A stretch of DNA of 62,277 nucleotides, filler included. It is 22 parts of 22 records of this genome, joined end to end, with 100 filler letters (N's around TTAATTAATTAA, not from the genome) between each part and the next. Parts side by side here need not be neighbours in the genome. Positions count along the whole stretch, not along the records: positions 45,879 to 47,965 come from SRR16133337_103860; positions 48,066 to 51,472 come from SRR16133337_104069; positions 51,573 to 55,231 come from SRR16133337_104126; positions 55,332 to 57,428 come from SRR16133337_104318; positions 57,529 to 59,791 come from SRR16133337_104387; 17 more parts are not named here. One strand, given 5' to 3'. Below, one piece after another: positions 46,344 to 59,763 of this stretch. Each line of letters begins with the position of its first letter. The first letter of the stretch is position 1. The notes below the pieces were generated by a model, which was given only the letters and a program-made list of their open reading frames with translations, did no database searches and was not told where the DNA came from. The position numbers and the translations under genes were made by a program.

Positions 46344-47571
46344 TAAAATAAAAGTAGCCGAACTATTTGCAGGAGTTGGAGGCTTTCGTCTTGGACTTGA
46401 AAAACATAATAATTACGAAATTGTTTGGAGTAACCAATGGGAGCCATCAACAAAAATGCAACACGCATCAATGGTTTATGAAAATCAATTTGGAAAAGAA
46501 AACCACTCAAATCAAGATATAAATGAAGTTGTAACAAGAGATGTTGAAGAAATTCCTAATCACGATTTATTAGTTGGCGGATTCCCTTGTCAAGATTATT
46601 CTGTTGCGACAACATTGCACAATTCAAAAGGCTTAAAAGGAAAAAAAGGTGTTCTTTGGTGGTCTATTCATAAAATTTTGGAAGACAAAAAGAACAAACC
46701 AAAATATTTATTTTTAGAAAACGTAGATAGACTTTTAAAATCCCCAGCATCACAAAGAGGACGTGATTTTGCTGTAATGCTAAAAAGTTTGAATGACTTG
46801 GATTACGCAGTAGAATGGCGAGTTATAAATGCGGGAGAATATGGAATGCCACAAAGAAGAAGAAGAACTTTTTTTATTGGCTACCATAAATCAACGGATG
46901 TGTACAAAAGACTTGCAAAATCAAAAAAAACAGATTGGTTACAAGAAAAAGGAACAATTGTAAATGCTTTTCCAATAGAAAAAGTAACTAAACTTGAAGA
47001 ATTTGAAATCAAAGGAGATTTAGTTGAAATAACTAATGAATTTAATAAAAACGGAAAACTTTCGCCTTTTCAAAATACAGGTTTACTTTTCAAAGGAAAA
47101 GTTTATACTTCTAAAACAAGTCCAAAATATAACGGAGAAAGAACAGTTTTAGGTGATCTTTTACAAAATGGAGAAGTAACACCTGAATTTTTTATTGAGG
47201 AAAAAGACATACCAAAATGGGAGTATTTAAAAGGCTCAAAAACCATTGAAAGAATATCTAAAGCCGGTTTCAAGTATAACTATTCAGAAGGCGGAATGAT
47301 ATATCCAGATGCTTTAGATAACTCTTCTCGAACAATAATTACTGGAGAAGGCGGAAAATCACCTTCAAGATTTAAACACGTAGTAAGTTCAGATAGAGGT
47401 TTAAGAAGATTAACACCTATTGAATTAGAGAGATTAAATATGTTCCCAGATAATCACACAAAAATGGAAGGTATGACAGACACTAAAAGAGCATTTTTTA
47501 TGGGAAACGCACTTGTTGTAGGAGTTGTTGAAAAAATCGGAAAAGCACTTTATAATCAAATAAATGGATAA
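46333..47571 (+). CDS. dcm: DNA cytosine-5 methyltransferase, M.Sau3AI-like
   Basis: ELFAGVGGFRLGLE, NQWEPS, GGFPCQDYSVA, ENVDRLLKSP..QRGRDF, MGNALV. Confidence 0.93.
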   Translation: MENNKIKVAELFAGVGGFRLGLEKHNNYEIVWSNQWEPSTKMQHASMVYENQFGKENHSNQDINEVVTRDVEEIPNHDLLVGGFPCQDYSVATTLHNSKGLKGKKGVLWWSIHKILEDKKNKPKYLFLENVDRLLKSPASQRGRDFAVMLKSLNDLDYAVEWRVINAGEYGMPQRRRRTFFIGYHKSTDVYKRLAKSKKTDWLQEKGTIVNAFPIEKVTKLEEFEIKGDLVEITNEFNKNGKLSPFQNTGLLFKGKVYTSKTSPKYNGERTVLGDLLQNGEVTPEFFIEEKDIPKWEYLKGSKTIERISKAGFKYNYSEGGMIYPDALDNSSRTIITGEGGKSPSRFKHVVSSDRGLRRLTPIELERLNMFPDNHTKMEGMTDTKRAFFMGNALVVGVVEKIGKALYNQING

Positions 47572-47923
47572 TATGTTTGATCCAAGTTCGGTAAATTCAA
47601 TCGTTTCTTACGCAAAAAAACTTAAAGGTCATACTTTAAGAGAAAAGTGTGGAGAAGAAATTGAAAATCACAGTTATAAAGGAAAAGGTAACTTTGGGCA
47701 ATTAGTCGAAAATTTTTATTTTGGATATGAACCAAATTCAAAAGCGGAAGCAGATTTTGTTCAAGTTGGAATGGAACTTAAATCGACACCATTAAAAACA
47801 TTAAAAAATGGAGATTACCGTTCAAAAGAAAGACTTGTTTTAAACATTATCAACTTAGGTCCAAATTTTATTGCTGTGAAAAATACAGAAACCGAATTAA
47901 TCAATTTGCTAAAGAGAAAATAA
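47564..47923 (+). pseudogene. Truncated MutH/Sau3AI-family restriction endonuclease
   Basis: KG.FGQLVE..FGY.PNS....DF...GMELK.TP...KERLVLNIIN, then an unrelated 22-aa tail and a stop. Only 119 aa, and the stop lies inside the contig. Confidence 0.8.
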
Positions 47924-49670
47924 ACAACATACACTGGTAACCGTTGCACAAGCCTCTAAAAAAGANNNNNNNNNNNNNNNNNNNNNNNNNNNNNNNNNNN
48001 NNNNNNNNNTTAATTAATTAANNNNNNNNNNNNNNNNNNNNNNNNNNNNNNNNNNNNNNNNNNNNTTGTGAAATTTCAACGTTTTTTTCAAAGTGGAATT
48101 ATTGAAATAGATCTTGAAGGGAGAAGATACATGTCGGGCAAATGTTACTCATTGGTATGGATTGTATGAGTAATATTGGACTGAAATGTACCGTGTCAAG
48201 TTACATTACTGTAGAAAATATACTTACATTTGCTGAAATGGGTTGACGCCAGAGTATTTCGGAGTTTGAGTGTATAGAGTTGTTCTTTTGGCAACATGAT
48301 CGATTGATGCTCGAATTTCAACTTTTCTCTCCTCGTGGAGAGGTGTGTCATCTTTCGTCTGGAAAAAGGAGACAACAACAAATCAGAATTTCTACTACGT
48401 TGTACTAAGACAATTATATTTCATACACTAAGCAAATCTGTCCTACGACAGTGCATATATCAACGAAAACTCATCCACTCAAAATTGATGTTTTAGGTGA
48501 GGTTACTTTTCAGGGGGATATTTTTCATTTTTTTCGATAAATAAACCTTTCCAAAATTTGGCCAATTTGGGATATTGAAAGTTCACCAAATAAACTACAC
48601 CTTTGAATTTCGAGAAGTTAGAACCTTGAAAGGGATGGTGGCTTATTCGTGCGTATGTTGGCTTTTAGTTGAGCACTATTACTAATGTCGAAATGTACAA
48701 ACCAAACGCAAGCAACAATCATTAGCCCAGAACTCCAGAAAACGAATGTGTGTTCAGATTTTGTTTTTTTGGATTTTACAAAGAGATTTTGATGGGTTGT
48801 GTCTTGTGTGGTGGGTGGAAGGCAGCAAACGTTCGTAACAAAACATTGAAAAGTGTGTGGGATGGTGGAGTGGTGAATTCAATTTTGTACAATTGTTGAC
48901 ACCCAGAGCCATACAAAGTCTGTCTACCTTCTGCTGACTTGCCGCCTCACATGGAACCCAAAAGCGCTATGTGCTTAGTTTACCTCATGAATTGGCTCGT
49001 CCATAAAAAAGTGAAGGGAAAGAAGCTTGGAATTCAAATAGGACAAGGTTTCAAAAATATGAGCATAACTTAAAGTTCCTTTGCAATAAAATTCACCATA
49101 TTTTTTTCATACACACGAAGAGTCAGGCGAAATTTTAACCCCCTTCTTGATCAGTGAACGTTTACCCAGAAGCGTAACGAACCAATGCTTCTCTTGCAGC
49201 GAAATGCAAAATACAATTTCATGCGTGAATTGCAATTGAGGGCTGACAAGGTAAAAGATGGATTTATTCGGGTGTCATCGAATTTCATGAAAAAAATGTT
49301 CATCTAGCCGTTGCAGTTCACTGCAATTTTGCACTATATTGGTTGTGTAAAAATTACCCTAATCACGACTGTTAACTTTTTGGTTTTGAATCCACAAGAA
49401 TTTTCCGCCCACTCACCAAGGAAATTGATTAAGGGAGTGGAACTGGACAGTTTTTGGTGAAAACCAGCAACGTGAGCAACTCACTGCAAAATAATCGGGG
49501 ACGGTATTTGCGGATATTAAATAACAATTCCGCTTTTGTCAATCACTGTCAGTCCATTTTTTACCTCCGACCTATTTCCGTTTCCAAGCGTGTTTTTTAG
49601 CGTTTTGCAAAAATTTGATGGATGAATTTTTGTCAAATTATTTTTGTGGTTGTTTGATAGGTCTTTTCAC

Positions 49671-50987
<1,317 letters not shown>

Positions 50988-51572
50988 TAAGTGATTGCCA
51001 TTATGAAAATTGGGTTTAGGGATCTTTGAGAAAAATACACGAGAATTGCGAGGGGCACTTCTTTGCTTTTGTTTCCTCCTACGTGGTTTAGAATCCCTTT
51101 TGCGAAGTATCAAGTGCGCAAAAAACTGACCCACCTGTAAATGCGTTGCAAATTTTGTGCAAATGTTTCCGACCTTGAAAATCGCTTTGTGAAAGTGAAA
51201 TATCAGTTTACGAGGCGAATTGGAATGAGATCTTGCCTGCATCACACATTCTCGGTCTCCCACACGCCCACCCTCTCACACCCACACACACACACGATGT
51301 CGATCGCCTTCCTATTGATTTCCTTCCTCTCTAGGAGATTGGATTCTTTTCACTTCCGATCCGACCCATGACTGAATCTCCAGCCAAGTTTTTGCGAGAG
51401 AGAGAAAATTCAAAATTGTCACACACTTTTCCCATCCAATTGGGGACATTTGAAAAATTTCATTTGGGGATTNNNNNNNNNNNNNNNNNNNNNNNNNNNN
51501 NNNNNNNNNNNNNNNNTTAATTAATTAANNNNNNNNNNNNNNNNNNNNNNNNNNNNNNNNNNNNNNNNNNNN

Positions 51573-51603
51573 AAAATTCGGGTTTCTAACCGGACGGAGT
51601 ATC
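51573..51603 (-). repeat. REP-like dispersed repeat, copy 4
   Basis: Reverse complement GATACTCCGTCCGGTTAGAAACCCGAATTTT at a contig start. Confidence 0.8.
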
Positions 51604-51617
51604 TAATAAATCGTCAT

Positions 51618-51649
51618 AAAAAAAGTCCTACATTTTTTGTAGGACTTTC
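51618..51649 (-). terminator. Intrinsic terminator of the OmpA/MotB gene
   Basis: AAAGTCCTACA/TGTAGGACTTT stem with a U-tract on the minus strand. Confidence 0.75.
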
Positions 51650-51671
51650 GCGTTTCTATAAAAATAGAAAT

Positions 51672-52517
51672 TTATTTTTCAGCCTCTAAAAGCTCAAAGA
51701 ATTGATCTAATTTAGGCATGATAATAATTTTTGTTCTCCTGTTTTTTGCCATATTTGCAGGAGTGTCATTCTCAACCAAAGGAGCATAGCTACTTCTTCC
51801 TGAGGCAATCAACCTAGTTGGAGAAACTTTAAATTCATTTTGTAAAATTCTAACAATAGAAGTAGAACGTTTTACAGATAAATCCCAATTGTCATCTAAA
51901 ATTTTTGTCTGAATCGTTCTAGAATCTGTATGCCCTTCTACCATAACATCCATTTCTGGATGTACATTGATAACATCTGCAACTTTCTTTAAGATAGAAG
52001 AAGCTCTATTGGAGACCTTATAAGAACCACTTTTGAATAATAATTTGTCTGCAATAGAAATATATACAACTGTTTTTTCAATGTTTACTTGAATATCTTC
52101 ATCGTTCAATCCGTTGTTCAATACTTTTTTCAAGTTGAAAGCAACGGCTAAATTGATAGAATCTCTTCTAGAATTTACTGCTTGGATATGTTGAATGTAT
52201 TCGTCTTTTTTACTTAATTGGCTTAAAGTCTCTTTAATATTGTCAGAAGCAGATTTTGAAAGAACCGTTAAGTTGTCAACAAATTCTAATGTTTTTTCGT
52301 TTCCTTCCGAAAGATATTTGATTTTGTCTTCTAAAGATTCCACTTTTATTTGCTCTTTATCTAAATCATTAGTCGCTTTAGATAATGAAGTTTTTGCAGT
52401 TACTAGTTCTTGTTCAGTTTTAGAGTGTTCCTTTTGTAACTCTGTGAATTGTTTTTTAGAAACACAAGAAGAAAGAAGTAAAAAAGATCCGGAAAATAAT
52501 ATAATAAGTTTTTTCAT
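51672..52517 (-). CDS. OmpA/MotB family lipoprotein with coiled coil
   Basis: Lipobox LSSC; LLFKSGS, VEGHTD, NWDLSVKR, NRRT. Confidence 0.92.
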   Translation of the reverse strand: MKKLIILFSGSFLLLSSCVSKKQFTELQKEHSKTEQELVTAKTSLSKATNDLDKEQIKVESLEDKIKYLSEGNEKTLEFVDNLTVLSKSASDNIKETLSQLSKKDEYIQHIQAVNSRRDSINLAVAFNLKKVLNNGLNDEDIQVNIEKTVVYISIADKLLFKSGSYKVSNRASSILKKVADVINVHPEMDVMVEGHTDSRTIQTKILDDNWDLSVKRSTSIVRILQNEFKVSPTRLIASGRSSYAPLVENDTPANMAKNRRTKIIIMPKLDQFFELLEAEK

Positions 52518-52622
52518 GATAAAGGTAAAATGATTTAGTTTTGTACAAAAGTATTAAATAAATAAATAAAACTTCTCAAAAATAGAGGCTTTCTTGTATT
52601 CGAAGAATCGATTTTGTAAACA

Positions 52623-53630
52623 ATGATTAAAAGAAAAAAAATTAGTATTTGTTTTTTGTTATTTATAATAAGTGTTTCGTGTACAAAAATTAAGCCAAAA
52701 GCACATCAATTAGAAGGAGATGTTTTTGGAACCCGTTTTCATATTACTTATTTCGATTCTAAAAACAGAAGTTTTGAAAAACAAATAGACAGTTTGTTTC
52801 ATTTGGTCAACAAATCGATGTCCACATACTTACCTACTTCTGACATTTCAAAAATAAACAGAGGAGAAAATCCCACCGTAGAAGTTGATGCTTTATTTAC
52901 AGAAGTATTTGAAAAATCGAAGCGAATCTATAAAGAAACTGAGGGAGCTTTTGACCCTACAATCGGGGTTTTGGTAAATGCATGGGGTTTTGGACCTGAG
53001 CAGGCAATAAAGGATTTGGATTCATTAAAGATAAAACATCTGTTACTCTATGTTGGTTTTGATAAAGTGAAACTTGTAAATTCTAAAGTAGAAAGAGAAC
53101 ATCCTGAAACGTATTTTGATTTTAATGCCATTGCAAAAGGCTATGGTGTTGATATACTAGGTAGGTTTTTAGAACAGCAACAAATTACGAATTATATGGT
53201 AGAAATTGGGGGAGAAATTAGAGCAAGAGGATTTAATGGAAAAGGGGAACTATGGAAAATTGGCATTGAAAAGCCTCATTTTAACAACTCAAGATCTATT
53301 CAAAAAATTATTTCTTTAGAGAACGAATCCATGGCAACTTCTGGGAATTATAGAAAATTTAAGACGAATCCTGTAACAGGAGAAAAATACGTACACACTT
53401 TAGATACTAAAACAGGTTATCCTGCAAAAAGAAAGCTGCTAAGTGCCTCTGTAATTGCCTCTTTAGATTGTGCTGATGTAGATGGATATGCAACTGCTTT
53501 TATGGCAATGGGATTTAAAAAAACAAAACAATTTTTAAAAGAACATCCTGAACTAAAAGTTTTTTTAATTTATACAGATCATTCAGGTGTTGTTACAGAA
53601 TTTATGTCAACATCATTACAAAACAACTGA
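52623..53630 (+). CDS. apbE: FAD:protein FMN transferase
   Basis: FGT.FHITY, GAFDPT, DFNAIAKGYGVD, VEIGGE, ATSGNYR, D.YATA. Confidence 0.93.
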   Translation: MIKRKKISICFLLFIISVSCTKIKPKAHQLEGDVFGTRFHITYFDSKNRSFEKQIDSLFHLVNKSMSTYLPTSDISKINRGENPTVEVDALFTEVFEKSKRIYKETEGAFDPTIGVLVNAWGFGPEQAIKDLDSLKIKHLLLYVGFDKVKLVNSKVEREHPETYFDFNAIAKGYGVDILGRFLEQQQITNYMVEIGGEIRARGFNGKGELWKIGIEKPHFNNSRSIQKIISLENESMATSGNYRKFKTNPVTGEKYVHTLDTKTGYPAKRKLLSASVIASLDCADVDGYATAFMAMGFKKTKQFLKEHPELKVFLIYTDHSGVVTEFMSTSLQNN

Positions 53631-53750
53631 AGGTTTTATCTTTTCTACAATTCCATTTTGGTTCTATACTCCTATTTTAGTGGAAAAAGGGGAAGCGGTG
53701 ATCTCGTGATGCTGTGAAATCCTTCTATTTTATTCTTCAAAAAGTGTTTT

Positions 53751-53765
53751 TGGCATATATTTTGA
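53751..53765 (+). promoter_or_regulatory. Possible sigma-54 (-24/-12) promoter TGGCAT-N5-TTGA
   Basis: Matches the TGGCAC-N5-TTGC spacing and lies ~170 nt upstream of an otherwise orphan terminator. Confidence 0.45.
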
Positions 53766-53936
53766 TAATTTAAAATTATGAAGGAGATCATGATTTAAAA
53801 ATTTTAACATTAGATTATGATATTGAAGGTACTGAAACCTTTGAATTGAACGTTATAAGTTGTATTATCGTAAAGTTTTTCATATTAAGTTTGGTTAGTT
53901 GATTTTTGATTGGTTGTGGTTATCCAATCAAACAAG

Positions 53937-53965
53937 AACCGCTCCTGAAAAGGAGCGGTTTTTTT
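53937..53965 (+). terminator. Strong intrinsic terminator
   Basis: AACCGCTCCT-GAAA-AGGAGCGGTT followed by a T run. Confidence 0.88.
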
Positions 53966-54020
53966 GTGCCTTTTCCACGAGGAAACAAGCTATATTTGTC
54001 ACTTAACAGAATGTAATTTG

Positions 54021-55181
54021 ATGAAAGAATCTATTTCAATAACAGGCATCGCTTCCATTTCTCCTTTAGGAAGTTCTTCTGAAGCTGTTTGGGAAAATTA
54101 TTTACAAGACCCTCATTTTTTAAAAATCAAAGATTTTGGAAAATTTGAGGCTCTCGTTGGTGCCATCTCTGAAAAAGACAATCAAGAAATTGAAAATCTT
54201 AAAAATTCAGATTCCAAATACAAAAATTTAGATCGTTCCGTATTGCTCGCAATATACACCTCTAGAAAAGCGTTGTGCCAAGTCAATTGGTCAAAAGAAT
54301 TTGGAGTTAATATAGGTTCTTCAAGAGGAGCTACTGAATTGTTTGAAAAATATTATGATGCTTTTCGAAAAGATTCTTTTGGGAAAACAGAAACTTTGAG
54401 TTCTCCAACCACAACTTTAGGCAATATTGCTTCTTGGGTTGCACATGATTTGCAAACAGAAGGTCCCGCTATTAGTCATTCCATAACTTGTTCCACAGCC
54501 TTGCATTCCTTAATCAATGGCATTGCTTGGATTCGTTCAGGTATGGCAGAAAGCTTTTTGGTTGGAGGTAGCGAAGCTGCAAATACCGCCTTTACAATTG
54601 CTCAGATGAAAGCATTGAAAATATATGCTCCTATTCGTGATGAAAGATACCCTTGTAAAGCTCTGGATTTTAGCAAAAAAAGGAATACAATGGTGATCGG
54701 AGAAGGAGCTGTTTCTTTGTGTTTGGAAAAAGGAATGCAAAAAAATGCCTTGGCACTTATCAAAGGAATTGGATATGCTACTGAAAAACTAAAACACAAC
54801 ATTTCGATTTCTACAGAGGCTCTTTGTTTTCAAAAATCAATGAAAATGGCTTTGATCGATGCTGATTTGAAAACCGTTGATGTGATTGTTACGCATGCAC
54901 CCGGAACTCTTAAAGGAGATTGTTCTGAATACAAAGCGATAGAAACGGTATTTGGCAAAGAGATTCCAGTACTAACCTCTAATAAATGGAAAATTGGACA
55001 TACACTTGGAGCTTCTGGAGTTTTAAGTATAGAACTAGCACTATTGATGTTACAACATCAAAAATTTATTTCCATACCTTATGTGAAGGACTTTAAGAAA
55101 ATAGATACCTTGAATTCTGTACTCGTGAATGCTGTTGGCTTTGGAGGAAACGCAGTGAGTATTTTACTTTCTTCTGAATAG
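54021..55181 (+). CDS. Beta-ketoacyl-ACP synthase (FabF/FabB-like)
   Basis: ITGIASISPLG, catalytic SITCST, GEGA, THAPGT, KIGHTLG and GFGG motifs. A TATATTTG box at 53991-53998 favours ATG 54021. Confidence 0.9.
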   Translation: MKESISITGIASISPLGSSSEAVWENYLQDPHFLKIKDFGKFEALVGAISEKDNQEIENLKNSDSKYKNLDRSVLLAIYTSRKALCQVNWSKEFGVNIGSSRGATELFEKYYDAFRKDSFGKTETLSSPTTTLGNIASWVAHDLQTEGPAISHSITCSTALHSLINGIAWIRSGMAESFLVGGSEAANTAFTIAQMKALKIYAPIRDERYPCKALDFSKKRNTMVIGEGAVSLCLEKGMQKNALALIKGIGYATEKLKHNISISTEALCFQKSMKMALIDADLKTVDVIVTHAPGTLKGDCSEYKAIETVFGKEIPVLTSNKWKIGHTLGASGVLSIELALLMLQHQKFISIPYVKDFKKIDTLNSVLVNAVGFGGNAVSILLSSE

Positions 55182-55204
55182 GTCATTATTTTTTTCTATA
55201 GGAT

Positions 55205-55231
55205 ATATACTCCGCCCAGTTAGAAACCCGA
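55205..55231 (+). repeat. REP-like dispersed repeat, copy 5
   Basis: ATATACTCCGCCCAGTTAGAAACCCGA at a contig end. Confidence 0.8.
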
Positions 55232-58137
55232 NNNNNNNNNNNNNNNNNNNNNNNNNNNNNNNNNNNNNNNNNNNNTTAATTAATTAANNNNNNNNNNNNN
55301 NNNNNNNNNNNNNNNNNNNNNNNNNNNNNNNCAATTGCAAAAATCACAAAATGAAAATCTCTTGAATTTTGGGAACTGTGGATTTTTTGCAATTGCCAGA
55401 ATCACAAGACCACTTGAATTTGTGGATCTTGTGATTTCATTTTCTCCACTCATAAACCCTCTGTAACTTCCCGTGTATTGTGGTCAGAGGAATTAAGGTC
55501 TCTGTCAGTCTGTGTGGAACAGTGTGGGTGGGGTGGGAAAAAGGAGACAACATTGCGTTCTTGAGAACTGTGCTTCACTTTTCTGTTTGGTCCATTTCAC
55601 ACGACCCCCAACCACTACGCAATCAATATTTATGAAAATTCAAACGCTTGGGAAATTAAACTTGGAACAAATGAATTGTCCTGCGATTTTTGAAGTCGAA
55701 AATGCGATAATCTAATTCACAAATTGTTGCACATTTTGTATCCATACCGGATGGTTTGAGGAATGTTCGGGCGAAGAAAATTTGGAAACAGTGAAAAAAT
55801 ATTGAATTAGTCTTTGTACGCAATGTGCTGTCAGTTTGTCATCATTGCCTCGGCACAACGCGTCTGTAAGTCGCACACTGTGCAATGATCGTCACTCTAA
55901 AAAAACAGTGATTGGCTTGTCACTTTTTCTTGTATGCTCTGTGGTGTAGTTTGCCCGGCAACCAGACGGGCAGAAACTGTGGAAATAGTTCCTGATGGAT
56001 GGAGTGTGAGTAATGAGATGCTAGTTGCAACAAAAAGATTCACTGCTTGGGCACATTACACGGTAAGATTCCAGTCAAACTCTGTATAATTAGTACACGC
56101 TAATACGTAGTAAGAACCCCCACACACCCACCACCCACACACCTTCTGTAAATCATCAAAAAACATATCTAGAGTGAGGGAGGGTGGAGTGGAGGATGGA
56201 GTGGGTTCTTGTAACGAATTTGAGTGTAGCATAAAAACCCAACCCTAACCCTAGGTGTATCCATATCTCAGCCCATACTGCCGAACTTTCAGGCGCCTGA
56301 CAACATGTACAGGGTAATTCAGGGTAACATCCCTCCTCCAGTCAAAACTTTTTTTCATCATATGTAAACCCACCCATGGTATAACCCCGTCTTTTGTTAA
56401 AATGCTTGTAAAATCCAAAGAACTTGTTTTTGTCGGACTGGACTTCACGAACTTAAAGTTTAAATTTTAAAGTGTACAGAACTGTTTCTCGGACTTTACC
56501 GGGTTCGGATTTTTGGGGTAAAAAAACACACAGGGTAACCCCCACACCCACACCCCCAATCTATGGGGGTGTGGGGTTTACTGTAAATTATTCTGTATCA
56601 CCAAAAGCTCTTGGTGAGTAGATGGGGTTTCTCACCTAAACAAGTTGTGGTGCCACAAAGAGTGAGTCGCCAAAACCACGTAAAACAAAACTACCCCGCG
56701 ATGGCAGCTGGGTTGGAAAACGTGACAACAAGAGCGTTTTGAACGGTTTTCAGGTGGAACTCCCATCTGAAACACACGAAGCGTCGTCTGTGCCCCATTA
56801 AAAGAATACTTTTTCTTTATTAAGCACACGTTTTCTCTATTTAAAATATCCCCCCTAAAGGTGACAGTTCCGGAACCCCACGTTAAACTGGGAACAGGTG
56901 GGCGCGGTTTGCCTGACTGTTTTTGGGGTTCACTCCGCCCAAAGACAGCAAAAGCAGGTAGCAAAACGAAAACCACCGTTGCCATGCACACTTGACGTGA
57001 CTGAGTCCGCTGGCATATATTAAAAATCAACCCTCGACCAGCGGCTTGGGCTCCCCCCTCCTGAACATGATTTCATGAACCGTTTGCTCTCCTTGCTTGG
57101 GAGTCCAGTTGAGAAAACTGAGGGCTCTGTCACAAGTAAAATTAATAGAAAAAGTCGTTTAATGTGTGTGAGTTCAACCTGAAACACCATCGGAAAAGTG
57201 CAAAACAAATTTTCTGGAGCTTTAACACGTGTTTTGCAAGTGAAAATCATTTCTCAGTGGGTGTCTTGGGCTACCACATGACAAAGTCCCCAGTTTTCTG
57301 AACTTGACCCCTCCGACTAGTCGATTCAAAAACTCTGATGTCATAATCCCGAATCAATTTTTCGTTGTCTAAATCTGCCAAAAATAACATCACATCCAAA
57401 ATTTTTGTCAGATCGGAAGAGCGTCGTGNNNNNNNNNNNNNNNNNNNNNNNNNNNNNNNNNNNNNNNNNNNNTTAATTAATTAANNNNNNNNNNNNNNNN
57501 NNNNNNNNNNNNNNNNNNNNNNNNNNNNTAATGAAATTCTTCCAAAGATGAAAAATAAAGTGGAAATTGTCAATAAAATGTGAAAAATATATAAAACAAA
57601 ATGAACAGTAAAAATGAAAAGTGCATTTTTTTTCTTGAAAAAAAATGTTTGAAATTTTGCAATGCGTGAAAGATTAAATAATTCATTTTTCATTCAATTC
57701 CACAGAAAAATGAAATGTGTGACGTTTTTTCATATATCTCGATAAAAACAATTCAATTAATTTAATCAATAAAAAAAACAAATTTGGCTTTTTTTAAAAA
57801 AAAGAAGTTGTATTCCATTAACCGAAAGTATCCTTCCGTACTTTGACACACCTTCGTTTAAGTCACGGACAACATCTATCCGGGCTCGTACAATTTCGAA
57901 TTTTGGGGAAAAGTCATTTTTGTTTATTCAAATTTTTCCTCAGCTTACAAATATGATGTTAAAGTCTTTCATTCTGTTCAAAAGTGCATGTTCATCACTC
58001 AAACCGCGTTGGAGCGCCAGAGCATACGAGAAAAGACGCCTGTGTTTTGACACCAAAATCATAACACCCAACCAAAAAAAACTACATGTAGGAGAATCAA
58101 CAAAAGTCAAATTAAAAATATTGAAGCAAAAACTTAC

Positions 58138-59763
58138 CGAAACTTATACGACCTTAACTGTTTCCACAACACGTTGCGTGCTTCTATTAGTACATGTTTA
58201 TTTTTTGTGCTTTCATGAGACATTCCCATATATTCTTCATATTGAATATTTTGGTTCATTGCAAGTAGTACATCAGAATAAAGTTCAAATCGAGTTAATG
58301 GATCAATTTTTCCGGGGGTGTTCTTAGCGAAAAGTGCACACGAGGCATTGAGAAATGTATGTGCCGGTTCTGGACTGAAATATACAATTCCGGTATCAAG
58401 TAAAACTATAACGCAAGGAAACAAAACATAAAATAAACATGAGTTTTCTATCCTTAGTGAGAAAAATAAATGGAAAATAAAGAGAAACAACTGGGTTCTT
58501 TTCTTCATTGGTAAATTTTCATTTGGGGATCCAGTGTATTGCCTGTTCAGAAGTGTTACGGATGTCAGTTATTTTTCAAACTTCGATGTCGCAAGCCAAA
58601 ATTTCAAATTGTGAAGTGCATTGCAAAAATCAGTTTTGTACATTTGCATGTCAAAATTGTGCAAAATGTTTAGTTGTTCAATAAAAAATCAATAATGTAC
58701 ACCACCAAACGTAATGTCATGTAAGACTCCAAACGAAAATTTTCATTTTGTTCGGACTTACGTGATTCAAAAACGTTCAATGTCTGACTTTGATATAAAA
58801 TGTTTTGCAGGGCATATCAAAAATATTCATTCGAAAGCACTGGATCTTTTCCTTCCTGCATTTCATCGAACTTTCAATTTTCTCACACACAAATATTTCG
58901 TTTTCGAAACAAATAAAACTTCCATACTGAGCACCATGAAGTTTTTTGTTGGTACTGGTCTCGTACATGTGTTTTCCAAATGGGAATTCAACTGGGGAAA
59001 AAGGAAATATATTGTAAGTTGGATGAAAAACAGTGTAAGCATATTCTACATTTCGTCAAAGAAAAAGTGAAAGGAATGAAGGGCAAGCGAGTTTTCTACA
59101 TGGAATTAAAGCTGTAATATTCTCGATCTTTCTTCTCCTGAAAATGTTGTGTTGATGAGTAATTCAATGTATTTGCAACATGCAGGCGAATTAAACAATT
59201 ATTTTTGCTGTGGTCCAAATTCCTGCAAATATATTTTTATTTATCTCGAATGTATGGTATGACTGTCAGGTCCACTCGATTCCGCGATCCAAACAAGATT
59301 TTGATGTTTAATTTCAAGTTGATTGTATTTTTTTGGGGTTAAGTACGAAAGAAGATACAAAATTATATTACTGTAATGTATATTTGGGAGTGCATATTGA
59401 AATTTGAACTCGTTTTACGACTTGGGCATTTAATGAAAACCCTGAAATTAGGAAAGGTCCTACAATGCCATCGTAAATCGCACCATTATTATTTTTCAAA
59501 TCCATAACTTACCTTTTCCATTTTGATTAACAGCACCCTTTCTCGTTAAATCGTCAACACTTCCTTTTTGTACATAATCAGTCACAACATTTTCATTATT
59601 TATACAATAAACGCCATGACGTGTGCCAACTTTTACATCCATTGGAATAGCGACACCAGTTACACTTTCATTATGCCATTCATAAATCTCATCAGATGGT
59701 AAATGTAAGAGAACATCTGTACAAGCGACGACAACACCCCCATGCTTGCAACTTGAGAAAATT
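58138..59763 (-). CDS. Eukaryotic fucokinase / fucose-1-phosphate guanylyltransferase, internal exons 59513-59763 and 58138-58405
   Basis: GVVVACTDVLL...VTGVAIP...GTRHGVY...YVQKGS...GAV joins through a phase-1 GT-AG intron to VLLDTGIVYF...ELYSDVLLAM...ARNVLWKQL. Confidence 0.7.

Noticed and set aside
56235-56254. AACCCTAACCCTA telomere-like repeat
   Set aside because: About two units, internal to the contig; too short to be meaningful.
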